DNA of 63,201 bases, counting the filler, from Mycoplasmatota bacterium (GTDB lineage Bacteria > Bacillota_I > Bacilli_A > RF39 > UBA660), in assembly GCA_012727915.1 (NCBI GenBank). It is 5 parts of 5 records of this genome, joined end to end, with 100 filler letters (N's around TTAATTAATTAA, not from the genome) between each part and the next. Parts side by side here need not be neighbours in the genome. Positions count along the whole stretch, not along the records: positions 1 to 26,547 come from JAAYGD010000004.1; positions 26,648 to 44,044 come from JAAYGD010000039.1; 3 more parts are not named here. One strand, given 5' to 3'. The notes under the pieces are model-generated. The model made no database searches, was not told the DNA's origin, and saw only the letters and a program-made list of their open reading frames with translations. Made by a program: the position numbers and the translations under genes. Shown here in pieces: positions 18,626 through 26,685 of this stretch (the stretch's first letter is position 1; each line of letters opens with the position of its first letter).

Positions 18626-20626
18626 TTATTTTAAAGCTTTTCCTTGTTTAATTCTAGCATCTAAAGCAGCATCCTCTGAGAAATTTGGATCTTTCGATAA
18701 AGCCTCAACTTGAGATGTAATTCCTTTAATAGTTGCATCCAAATCTTGCAATTGGAAAGATACATCCAAAGATTCTTGTTGTTCTCTCGTAAATTCTGCA
18801 GATTTGTGCCCCAATCTTGTATTTAAAGAATCTATCATAGTAGTATAATTTGCAATTTCCGCTGCAGAAGCACCTCTCGCTGTTGCCGTACTTCTATCGA
18901 TTTCTAATTTAGTTATTTGATCATTTAAAGAGTTAATTTCTTGAGATATCATTGCTGTATTACTTTGAGACATAGCTTGTTTTTGACCCAATACTATAGA
19001 TTTAAATTGATTATCAAGCACAAGGTTTTTCTTTTTAGCATATGTTTCTGAATACATTTTTGAATTTGCAAATTTCTTTGCTTGAGTTTCTTTATATTCG
19101 TCCGCCAATTCTCTTTGGCCACTTGCAACATATGAATTATATGTAGCATCTCCTGCATAACTTGCTTGAAATCCATTTACTAAATCTGTATATTCAGCTT
19201 CTCTTTCAACTGATTGAGAATCCATTCTATCAAATCCTTTCTTCTTTTGAACATTTTCATTAATTTGCTTATCTAATTGACCTCTACGTTGCTTATAAGC
19301 TAACTTATCTGAAGTATGTCTTGCTTGAAGAACCCCACCTTTAGCGCCCGCTTGAGCACCACCACTTCCAGCAGCCTTTAAATCACCAAATATTTCTTTT
19401 CTTTTATCATTAAATTGTCTAAATTTTCCTGGTGTCCAACTTGGATCATCTTGTAATTTCTTTTCATCGTGCTTTCTCATAGCATAACCACCAACCATAC
19501 CAGCAGCAGCAGCCCCTACACCTATTCCAGCTCCGACAATTCCACTTATTGCTTTTCCATCTTCACTTGGTTTGTATCCTAATAATTCTTCTAAGAATTT
19601 TGGAGCGGTTTGCATAAACGCTATTATTGCTAACATTATAAATATTACCTCAAATACTCCTATATCAGAACTTAAACCAGCATCTGCATAATTTTCTAAT
19701 TTTAAATCCACTATTAAATTTGTCATCAAAAACAATATTGAAAGCCTAATAAATAAAGATATATATACTTTTATTGCGGTACTAGACCATCTAGCAAAAA
19801 TTCCTTTTGATGCTGAAGCAGGGTCTAAATATGAAATAATTGCGATTGGAGAAATTATTTCTATTATTAATAGTTTTATAGACCTTAATGCTATCTCAAT
19901 CGTCATTTTAATAAAAGATATTAATAACATTACACCTACAATTGTGGAAATAATAGACATATAATATAGTCTATATTCTGTACCAAATAATCCTCCTGTA
20001 TGGCTTGTTATTGCGCCTTTATTTGATAATGCTTTAATACCATTTTGTTTTAATTGATCTAACGCAGTTGAAGTTTCTTCATCAAGCTCAACATCTGGAT
20101 TCTTTCCAACAAAAATTGCAAACATCCCTCTTGCAATTACATCTCCTTCGTTTTCTCCAACTACTACCCCTGTTCCTGTATCTAAAAATATTCTTTTTAA
20201 AATACCATTATTACCATCTGTTCCTTTTATTACCAACTCTTGAATACCATATGCCATATCAAAAACTGTTGGCATAATTACAACTAATATTACAGTAACG
20301 ATTGCATGTGTAAATATTTTACTTAATCCTTTTTGTTTATCACTTACCATATCAGGATTTGCAATCATAGTAATAATTGAAAACGCCAATTTAAAAAACA
20401 TTGCAAGCGCTAAAAACACATAAATATTTCCTGCTACTTTACTTGCTATTCCACCCGTATCAAAACCCGAATCAAAAAAACCACTTAAATCAACTAAATT
20501 CATTGCAACTTTATAAACCGGACCTAATAAACCATAAATGATGCCATCAATGAATAAAAATAGATTTCTTAATAAATCGCTAATAATCGGTAATCTAAAA
20601 GAAAAAACATCTAACAAAGCACTCAT
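18626..20626 (-). CDS. VirB6/TrbL-like polytopic T4SS channel protein with long C-terminal coiled-coil extension
   Basis: Multiple TMs in the first ~380 aa with RSIKLLIIEIISPIAIISYLDP...FARW; Gly/Ala-rich segment; helical C-terminal tail. Confidence 0.75.
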   Translation of the reverse strand: MSALLDVFSFRLPIISDLLRNLFLFIDGIIYGLLGPVYKVAMNLVDLSGFFDSGFDTGGIASKVAGNIYVFLALAMFFKLAFSIITMIANPDMVSDKQKGLSKIFTHAIVTVILVVIMPTVFDMAYGIQELVIKGTDGNNGILKRIFLDTGTGVVVGENEGDVIARGMFAIFVGKNPDVELDEETSTALDQLKQNGIKALSNKGAITSHTGGLFGTEYRLYYMSIISTIVGVMLLISFIKMTIEIALRSIKLLIIEIISPIAIISYLDPASASKGIFARWSSTAIKVYISLFIRLSILFLMTNLIVDLKLENYADAGLSSDIGVFEVIFIMLAIIAFMQTAPKFLEELLGYKPSEDGKAISGIVGAGIGVGAAAAGMVGGYAMRKHDEKKLQDDPSWTPGKFRQFNDKRKEIFGDLKAAGSGGAQAGAKGGVLQARHTSDKLAYKQRRGQLDKQINENVQKKKGFDRMDSQSVEREAEYTDLVNGFQASYAGDATYNSYVASGQRELADEYKETQAKKFANSKMYSETYAKKKNLVLDNQFKSIVLGQKQAMSQSNTAMISQEINSLNDQITKLEIDRSTATARGASAAEIANYTTMIDSLNTRLGHKSAEFTREQQESLDVSFQLQDLDATIKGITSQVEALSKDPNFSEDAALDARIKQGKALK

Positions 20627-20691
20627 ATAGCATTATCACCTATCTTCATATAATATATATTAATTATAACATATTATTAAAAATATAATAA

Positions 20692-20720
20692 AAAAAAACA
20701 ATTTATTAAATTGTTTTTTT
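20692..20720 (-). terminator. Intrinsic terminator after the VirB2-like gene
   Basis: Inverted repeat AAAAAAACAAT-TTATTAA-ATTGTTTTTTT with a long T-tract on the minus strand. Confidence 0.6.
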
Positions 20721-20721
20721 A

Positions 20722-21057
20722 TTAATCATCAGTTTCACTATCTGGAACTTTTGTTTCTTCTTGATAACCCGCCTTATCATTCCAGCATTCTCTCCATTGA
20801 TCTCCACCTACAACACCAGTTAATAATCTTACAACTATAATTAATAAGAATACTCCCACTGCTGCAGCAGCTCTTTTCCCCAACATAGAAGTTGCAGCTT
20901 TTATAGCCTTTTCATCTCCTGAAGAAACAGCTTTAAGCAAATCAACAGATCCAATTACAAGTAATACAATCGGAACCGCTATCAGAATTACATTATATGC
21001 TATTTTTACATACTTAATTATCTCTTCGAAATGTTCATTAACACAAACTAATATCAT
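20722..21057 (-). CDS. VirB2/TrbC-like (T4SS pilin-like) two-helix membrane protein
   Basis: Two hydrophobic helices joined by a charged loop (SSGDEKAIKAA..MLGKR); directly upstream of the VirB6-like gene. Confidence 0.65.
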   Translation of the reverse strand: MILVCVNEHFEEIIKYVKIAYNVILIAVPIVLLVIGSVDLLKAVSSGDEKAIKAATSMLGKRAAAAVGVFLLIIVVRLLTGVVGGDQWRECWNDKAGYQEETKVPDSETDD

Positions 21058-21114
21058 ATTGTTCTCCTTTCACTATAATTTAATAATACTTTATTAAATA
21101 TACTTTGTCAATAT

Positions 21115-22092
21115 TTATGATTTGAAAAAACCCATCATTTGTTGTTTATCTTCTTTATTTACTTGTTTAGTAAAGCCTAATCTCGCAAGCAAACTATCCA
21201 AGTTTCTACTAAACATCCTATCATTTAAAGGGGGTATACTATAATAAACCTTTGTTTTAGCTTCATACTCAAAGTCTGATACATCTTTAGTATCTAACAA
21301 ACTTTTATTTAAAACAATCTTTTTTCCACCAAGTTTATCAAATATGTCACCTTGTCGTCTAATTAATTTGTTTAATTTAATTGTAGATGGTTCTAATAAA
21401 TATAGCACATCATTGCATACTCCTTCATCACCACTTACATTTAAATCTACTAGTAAAATATCATACATAGGACTTAACCTTACTATTTCATCAAATAAAT
21501 CAGCGTTTGTTGTAGAATACATATCTTTATCATTATAATAAATAAAATCTGTTCTATCTACTTCTAATGCCGCTACTTTATAATTTAATGTAAGTTGTTT
21601 TTTCAACATATATATTAATGATGTTGCTCCAGCATGAGAAGTTAAATTTTTAAATCCTAATACTTTTACATTTTTTTCTATTACTTTATTAGTAACTTCC
21701 TTAGTTAAATTATCAATTTGATGAATATGTGCTACATCTTTATAAGTATTAGTATGATTCATCAAATACTCAATACCTTCTTTATTCTTAGTGAAATTAT
21801 ATATTCCAATAGATATTAATTTAGATAAAAACAAAGAAGATGCAGCTTGGGGAGTATCATCCAATAAGAATATAATTTTACTCATATCCATATTTGAAGA
21901 TAATACTTGTAAATTTTTAAGATCAGAATAATTCTTAATAGCAGTTATATCTAAAATCATTTTGTTATAAAAAAAATTGGAGAACATTTTTATTAATTCA
22001 TTGGCTTCAAATTCTCCATTTACTTTTTTTATTATTTCAACATTTAATGAATTTAGTTTATCGTCTAACAAATTTGCAACTACTATGTTCAT
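21115..22092 (-). CDS. TadZ/CpaE-like protein (receiver-like N-terminus, degenerate MinD/ParA-type P-loop domain)
   Basis: VLGFKNLTSHAGATSL, VAALEVD, YDILLVDLN and IVLNK follow MinD-fold motif order; tad gene context. Confidence 0.6.
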   Translation of the reverse strand: MNIVVANLLDDKLNSLNVEIIKKVNGEFEANELIKMFSNFFYNKMILDITAIKNYSDLKNLQVLSSNMDMSKIIFLLDDTPQAASSLFLSKLISIGIYNFTKNKEGIEYLMNHTNTYKDVAHIHQIDNLTKEVTNKVIEKNVKVLGFKNLTSHAGATSLIYMLKKQLTLNYKVAALEVDRTDFIYYNDKDMYSTTNADLFDEIVRLSPMYDILLVDLNVSGDEGVCNDVLYLLEPSTIKLNKLIRRQGDIFDKLGGKKIVLNKSLLDTKDVSDFEYEAKTKVYYSIPPLNDRMFSRNLDSLLARLGFTKQVNKEDKQQMMGFFKS

Positions 22093-22102
22093 GGTTCACC
22101 TT

Positions 22103-22513
22103 CTATAAATCTTTTAAATTAAATATTATATTTGTTTCTCCTGTTACTGGAGCACTTAAAAACTCTCCTATAACGGGCATATTGAAAGACATATAAGTTG
22201 TAACTCTATAATATTCACCTCGATCGGTAACCATTCTTTCAACACAATAACCATGAGAGGTGTTCAAACATTGTCCCAAAGCTTTAGATCGAGTACTATA
22301 TTGTCCACCATAATATTTAACTTCAGCTAAATATGTATCGATTTTTTCTTTTGCATTATCCCAACCTTCAAATTGTTCTAATAAACTAATAATTTGATTT
22401 TTGTGCCTAAAAGTGATTGCATAATTAAGACCAATAGCCATAATGCTAATATAAATAGATATAAATATTAATATTAATTTAAATAATAACGTACTACCTA
22501 TGGCCTCTTTCAA
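22103..22513 (-). CDS. TadE-like pseudopilin/minor pilin
   Basis: TTG start with GAGGTG RBS; MKEAIG + hydrophobic helix, Cys pair, YYRVTTYMSFNMPVIG C-terminal strand pattern. Confidence 0.6.
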   Translation of the reverse strand: MKEAIGSTLLFKLILIFISIYISIMAIGLNYAITFRHKNQIISLLEQFEGWDNAKEKIDTYLAEVKYYGGQYSTRSKALGQCLNTSHGYCVERMVTDRGEYYRVTTYMSFNMPVIGEFLSAPVTGETNIIFNLKDL

Positions 22514-22558
22514 TATGCATCACCTCACAATATTTTAAAATACATTATATAATAGAAA

Positions 22559-22723
22559 TTATTTATAAGTTCCTGGGGTAGTATCTTGTGTTGTTGTTGG
22601 GTCCCAAACTTCTCCGGCTTCTTCTTTCTTATCATTGAAAAAAATCCAAAAAAATGCAAGCACTGCACCTATAGCAATTATTGTTATGATAGTTAATGTA
22701 GTTTCTCCTGTTGCTGCCTTCAT
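22559..22723 (-). CDS. 54-aa Flp-like pilin candidate (missing from ORF track)
   Basis: Manual translation MKAATGETTLTIITIIAIGAVLAFFWIFFNDKKEEAGEVWDPTTTQDTTPGTYK; strong RBS AGAAAGGAGG at 22731-22740; follows tadC. Confidence 0.75.
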   Translation of the reverse strand: MKAATGETTLTIITIIAIGAVLAFFWIFFNDKKEEAGEVWDPTTTQDTTPGTYK

Positions 22724-22808
22724 TAATATCCCTCCTTTCTATCATATAATTTGATTGTATAATATTTATTTCTTTTTTACAAGTTAAGTTATCTTTTATT
22801 TACACTAT

Positions 22809-23591
22809 TTAGATTGCAAAATTAGTCATCATTGCAAATAACAATACCGCCATTACTCCTAAACCTACGACAGTAAGCATAATCATACTCTTATTTTCCA
22901 TCTTATCTAATCTTTCTTTATAACGAGTACTTCTTGCTTTATTTTGTAAAGATGAAACACTTTTTGAAAACATAATTAATTGTTCATGCTTATCATCTTG
23001 AGATCCCAAACTAAGTCTATATAGTAATCTCATCATTCTAACAGAATCAGATACTGGATACATTTTTGCAAAATCCATATATGGCTCCACAGTTGAATTA
23101 CCAGCATTAATCTTCGCTATCAATTCTTTTAATCCTGGTTTAAACACTTCAGGAGCACTATCAATAGATCTTGAAATTGCAACTGGTATTGTATAATGTT
23201 GAGATAATATTTCTAAGCTTTTTAAAAAATATGGTAATTGTAAATCAATCATATGTAGATGTCTTTTATAAAAAGATTTTACTGAAGAATAGCCTTGTTT
23301 AAATATTAAATATCCTAAAACAAAAGACGCTAATATATTAATAAAATTCATATTATTTAAGAATAAGAAAATAAACACTACAATCGTAACAATTCCATTT
23401 CTAATTCTTTTACTATATTCAGCATTAACATCAACATCATCACCATATTTTGATTTCAAAAAGAATTCATAATCATCTTCCATCATACCTCTAAAGTATT
23501 CTTGATTATCATCAATAAATTTCTTTGAATCAATTAATCTGTGACTTTGAAATATAAATAATACTATTACTCCTATTAAAATAAACTCCAT
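22809..23591 (-). CDS. TadC-like pilus platform membrane protein
   Basis: TM pair, then IDLQLPYFLKSLEILSQ..IPVAI (T2SS-F-like), C-terminal TM; second platform gene after TadA. Confidence 0.7.
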   Translation of the reverse strand: MEFILIGVIVLFIFQSHRLIDSKKFIDDNQEYFRGMMEDDYEFFLKSKYGDDVDVNAEYSKRIRNGIVTIVVFIFLFLNNMNFINILASFVLGYLIFKQGYSSVKSFYKRHLHMIDLQLPYFLKSLEILSQHYTIPVAISRSIDSAPEVFKPGLKELIAKINAGNSTVEPYMDFAKMYPVSDSVRMMRLLYRLSLGSQDDKHEQLIMFSKSVSSLQNKARSTRYKERLDKMENKSMIMLTVVGLGVMAVLLFAMMTNFAI

Positions 23592-24487
23592 TATTCAGCC
23601 CCCACATTCTCATTATAATATTTCTCTCCACTTAACAAGAAATAACTATTTGTAAGAACTATTAAATGTAATATTAAATTAATTTTTATATCATCCAATA
23701 AATCTATGTATGCATCCACTCCCAATAAATATTGAACTAACATTACCATGAAATATAAAGCTACACCCAACTTAAGAAATGATTTTTGGAATGATTTTCT
23801 ATCTATTCTATCTCTATAAACGGCTTCTACTAAGCTATCTATATCTATTAACATAGCATCTAAAGTTTCAGTACTATCTAATGAACCTTCTTTAGTAATT
23901 TGTAAAAACAATTGATGCATATTCTTTATCATATAATAATCATATTTAGTATTCATATAAGAAATAGATTCATCTATTGATCCGTTCTCATAAGATAAAT
24001 CAATCATATGTTTTACATCAGATAATAATGGATCTTCTAATATTCCAGAAGCATATACTCCTTCTAATGACTTAACAAAAGATTGAGTTACTGAAAACTC
24101 CATTATAGTATTTGTTGTATAAACTTGAATTTGTTCAAATAAATATTCACTATATAATCTTTTATATCTCAAGAACGCTAAATAAGGAACAATTACCATA
24201 GCAAGTATTACATATATTGTTGATATTATAATGCTATAAAAATATAGGTAAGATATTACCGCAGCTCCTCCTCCAAACATAATCATTTGAGAAATATACT
24301 CTTTAGTAGAATATTCTAATCCTAATGCTTTAACCTTTTCACTTATCTTTTTATAAGAATAAGGACTAATCCTTTCATATAAATCTTTTGTTTGTTGAAT
24401 TATAAATTTATATGAATTTTCACTAGTACTTTGTCTATAAAACAATATGAAAAGCGCTAATAACATTAATACAACTAGTACCCACAT
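23591..24487 (-). CDS. TadB-like pilus platform membrane protein
   Basis: TadB-like TM topology; directly downstream of the TadA ATPase. Confidence 0.7.
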   Translation of the reverse strand: MWVLVVLMLLALFILFYRQSTSENSYKFIIQQTKDLYERISPYSYKKISEKVKALGLEYSTKEYISQMIMFGGGAAVISYLYFYSIIISTIYVILAMVIVPYLAFLRYKRLYSEYLFEQIQVYTTNTIMEFSVTQSFVKSLEGVYASGILEDPLLSDVKHMIDLSYENGSIDESISYMNTKYDYYMIKNMHQLFLQITKEGSLDSTETLDAMLIDIDSLVEAVYRDRIDRKSFQKSFLKLGVALYFMVMLVQYLLGVDAYIDLLDDIKINLILHLIVLTNSYFLLSGEKYYNENVGAE

Positions 24488-24501
24488 ATAACACCTACTT
24501 T

Positions 24502-25566
24502 CTAAAGAACTTCTTCTATATTAAAAATATTATTTTTTATAGTTACTCCTTGTGCAGACAAATATCCAATTAAATACTTAGTTGGATTAGATAAAAATAC
24601 TTGTCCATTCATTGCTTTTCTATATATTGTATTGTGTTTTGCTATATTATTTTCATCAACATAAAATTCACATACTTCACATACTTCACGAATAAACCTC
24701 TTTGTTTCTTTATCTTGATAACCTCTAATATGTACTCCTAATTGAACATATCTATGTATAGACTTTAAAAATTGCTCAATATCAATATTAGATTCAAGCA
24801 AACTATACATACGAGATGGAATACTTTCAGCTTTATCAGAGTGAATAGTAGATAATATGTTATGTCCAGATGAAATAGAGTTTCTTACTGCCATAACAGC
24901 TTCTGCAGTACGAACCTCTGATAATAAGATCCATCTAGGATTTTGTCTCATACAAGTTACTAATACTTCACTATAAGATGCAATATTATTTGTTTTCATT
25001 GCAACTATATCTCTTTGAGGAAATATCTTATCTAAATGTAATTCCAATGTATCCTCTATTGTTATTAGTTTTTCATCTTCTTTAGTATGAGAAGCTAAAT
25101 ACTTTAAAAACTCAGTTTTACCAGAACCAGTTTCTCCACTAATTAAAATATTACAATGTCCTTCTACACATCTAATTAAAAAATCATGTATCTCTTCTGT
25201 TATATATTTTTCTTCTAATATCTTATCTTTTTTCAACCTTATCTTTGCGGGAGTTTTACGCATTAACATTGCTATACCATTTTTAGCAATAGAATCATGA
25301 ATAAAGTTCAAACGTAATTCAGCACTCTCAGCATCCAAAAACGGATGGGCCATATTAAATGTTTTACCCATCATATTTGAACATTGAAAAGCAAGTTTTT
25401 CTATTATAGCGTTAGTAACATCTTGAACTTCTGCCCTATATACTCCTTTAGATAAAGATTTTAACCACAACTGACCATTGTTTGTGTATGAAACATCAGT
25501 TATATCATCATCATTTAAAAATCTTGCTAAAGGGCCGAAATCAACATTATTGAACATATTGTCCAT
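24502..25566 (-). CDS. tadA: TadA/CpaF (VirB11-family) ATPase
   Basis: DDDITDV, NILISGETGSGKT, ITIEDTLEL, MRQNPRWILLSEVRTAEA, SGH..LSTIH. Confidence 0.9.
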   Translation of the reverse strand: MDNMFNNVDFGPLARFLNDDDITDVSYTNNGQLWLKSLSKGVYRAEVQDVTNAIIEKLAFQCSNMMGKTFNMAHPFLDAESAELRLNFIHDSIAKNGIAMLMRKTPAKIRLKKDKILEEKYITEEIHDFLIRCVEGHCNILISGETGSGKTEFLKYLASHTKEDEKLITIEDTLELHLDKIFPQRDIVAMKTNNIASYSEVLVTCMRQNPRWILLSEVRTAEAVMAVRNSISSGHNILSTIHSDKAESIPSRMYSLLESNIDIEQFLKSIHRYVQLGVHIRGYQDKETKRFIREVCEVCEFYVDENNIAKHNTIYRKAMNGQVFLSNPTKYLIGYLSAQGVTIKNNIFNIEEVL

Positions 25567-25591
25567 AAATTCATCCCCTTTTTATTATTTA

Positions 25592-26419
25592 TTATTGCTC
25601 TTCAGGTATTACATCAGGCAATTGATCTTCAGTAATCAAACCAGTATTTATTTCTAAAAATAATTTTAATTCTTGATTCGATATTATTGGAGTTAAATTC
25701 TCTTTATTTCCACTCTTATAAGATTGAGTAGTAGGTACAGGAACTAACTCAGCAGCTATAGTTCTAACATTTTGCAAATACAATGCTTTTCTTAACAATA
25801 AATGAATATCTTCAGGAACCGCAAACAACAATATACTAGGTCTTCTAGTTTGTTCACTATTCTCAAATACATGTTCTCCACTATTATCTTTAACTGCAAG
25901 TATCTTAACATTTTCAACTAATTTTCCATAAATAACTTTTCCATCTGGATCTAAAGCTTTTAAATAAATATCAATAAAATTGTCAGGAAACATTGAATTA
26001 CCATAAGTTAAATCAACATCTACTGGTAAATTAAATGCAGTAAATCCATCTCTAATATTAATAAATGCAGAATCTGGCAATCTACTTTCAGTTATTATAT
26101 TATCCTCATAAAACATACTTCCAAATGGGATATATGCATTATAATTAGACCATTTTCCCACAATTAAATTAGGATTCTTAATTACTTTTCCTTTAACCAT
26201 TGCTGGTGGAACTTGCGCAATTCCTATCATATCTTCAGTTATTTTTGTTCTTGGTTGAATAGAAACCTTAGCATAAGGTATATCTACCGGTTGAATAGCT
26301 TGATTTACTCTATAATTATATCCAAAAAATATAATAAGTACTCCAAGTACTACTCCTAAAATAGTTACTGTATTCTTATTTTGAAAAAACTTCTTTAATT
26401 TAAAACCTAAATTTCCCAT
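25592..26419 (-). CDS. CpaB/RcpC-like SAF-domain Tad assembly protein
   Basis: N-terminal TM; SAF-like YAKVSIQPRTKITEDMI; GNSMFPDNFIDIY and LVENVKILAVKD. Confidence 0.8.
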   Translation of the reverse strand: MGNLGFKLKKFFQNKNTVTILGVVLGVLIIFFGYNYRVNQAIQPVDIPYAKVSIQPRTKITEDMIGIAQVPPAMVKGKVIKNPNLIVGKWSNYNAYIPFGSMFYEDNIITESRLPDSAFINIRDGFTAFNLPVDVDLTYGNSMFPDNFIDIYLKALDPDGKVIYGKLVENVKILAVKDNSGEHVFENSEQTRRPSILLFAVPEDIHLLLRKALYLQNVRTIAAELVPVPTTQSYKSGNKENLTPIISNQELKLFLEINTGLITEDQLPDVIPEEQ

Positions 26420-26508
26420 CTTTATTCTCCTTCTATACTATTATGTAATAATATTATCATAAATATATAAAACTTTCCATATCTTTTTACACTTATTGAT
26501 AAAAATAA

Positions 26509-26532
26509 AAGAATCAATTAATATTGATTCTT
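26509..26532 (-). terminator. Hairpin terminator upstream of the tad operon
   Basis: AAGAATCAAT-TAAT-ATTGATTCTT inverted repeat with adjacent T-rich tract on the minus strand. Confidence 0.6.
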
Positions 26533-26547
26533 AATTATTATTTTTTA

Positions 26548-26647
26548 NNNNNNNNNNNNNNNNNNNNNNNNNNNNNNNNNNNNNNNNNNNNTTAATTAAT
26601 TAANNNNNNNNNNNNNNNNNNNNNNNNNNNNNNNNNNNNNNNNNNNN
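26548..26647. other. Artificial contig linker
   Basis: N44-TTAATTAATTAA-N44 (stop codons in all six frames). Confidence 0.99.
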
Positions 26648-26684
26648 AAATTTTTAAACCAGCAAACTTGTCAGTTCCCATCAT
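26648..26684 (-). CDS. rpoC: RNA polymerase beta' subunit, first codons only
   Basis: MMGTDKFAGLKI begins just after the rpoB stop; cut by contig end. Confidence 0.75.
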
Positions 26685-26685
26685 A

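Noticed and set aside
26548..26647. Recurring TTAATTAATTAA palindrome flanked by Ns (also at 44045, 54914 and 61113)
   Set aside because: Identical 100-nt artificial spacer used to join contigs. It is not biological, and ORF ends containing X are artefacts of it.
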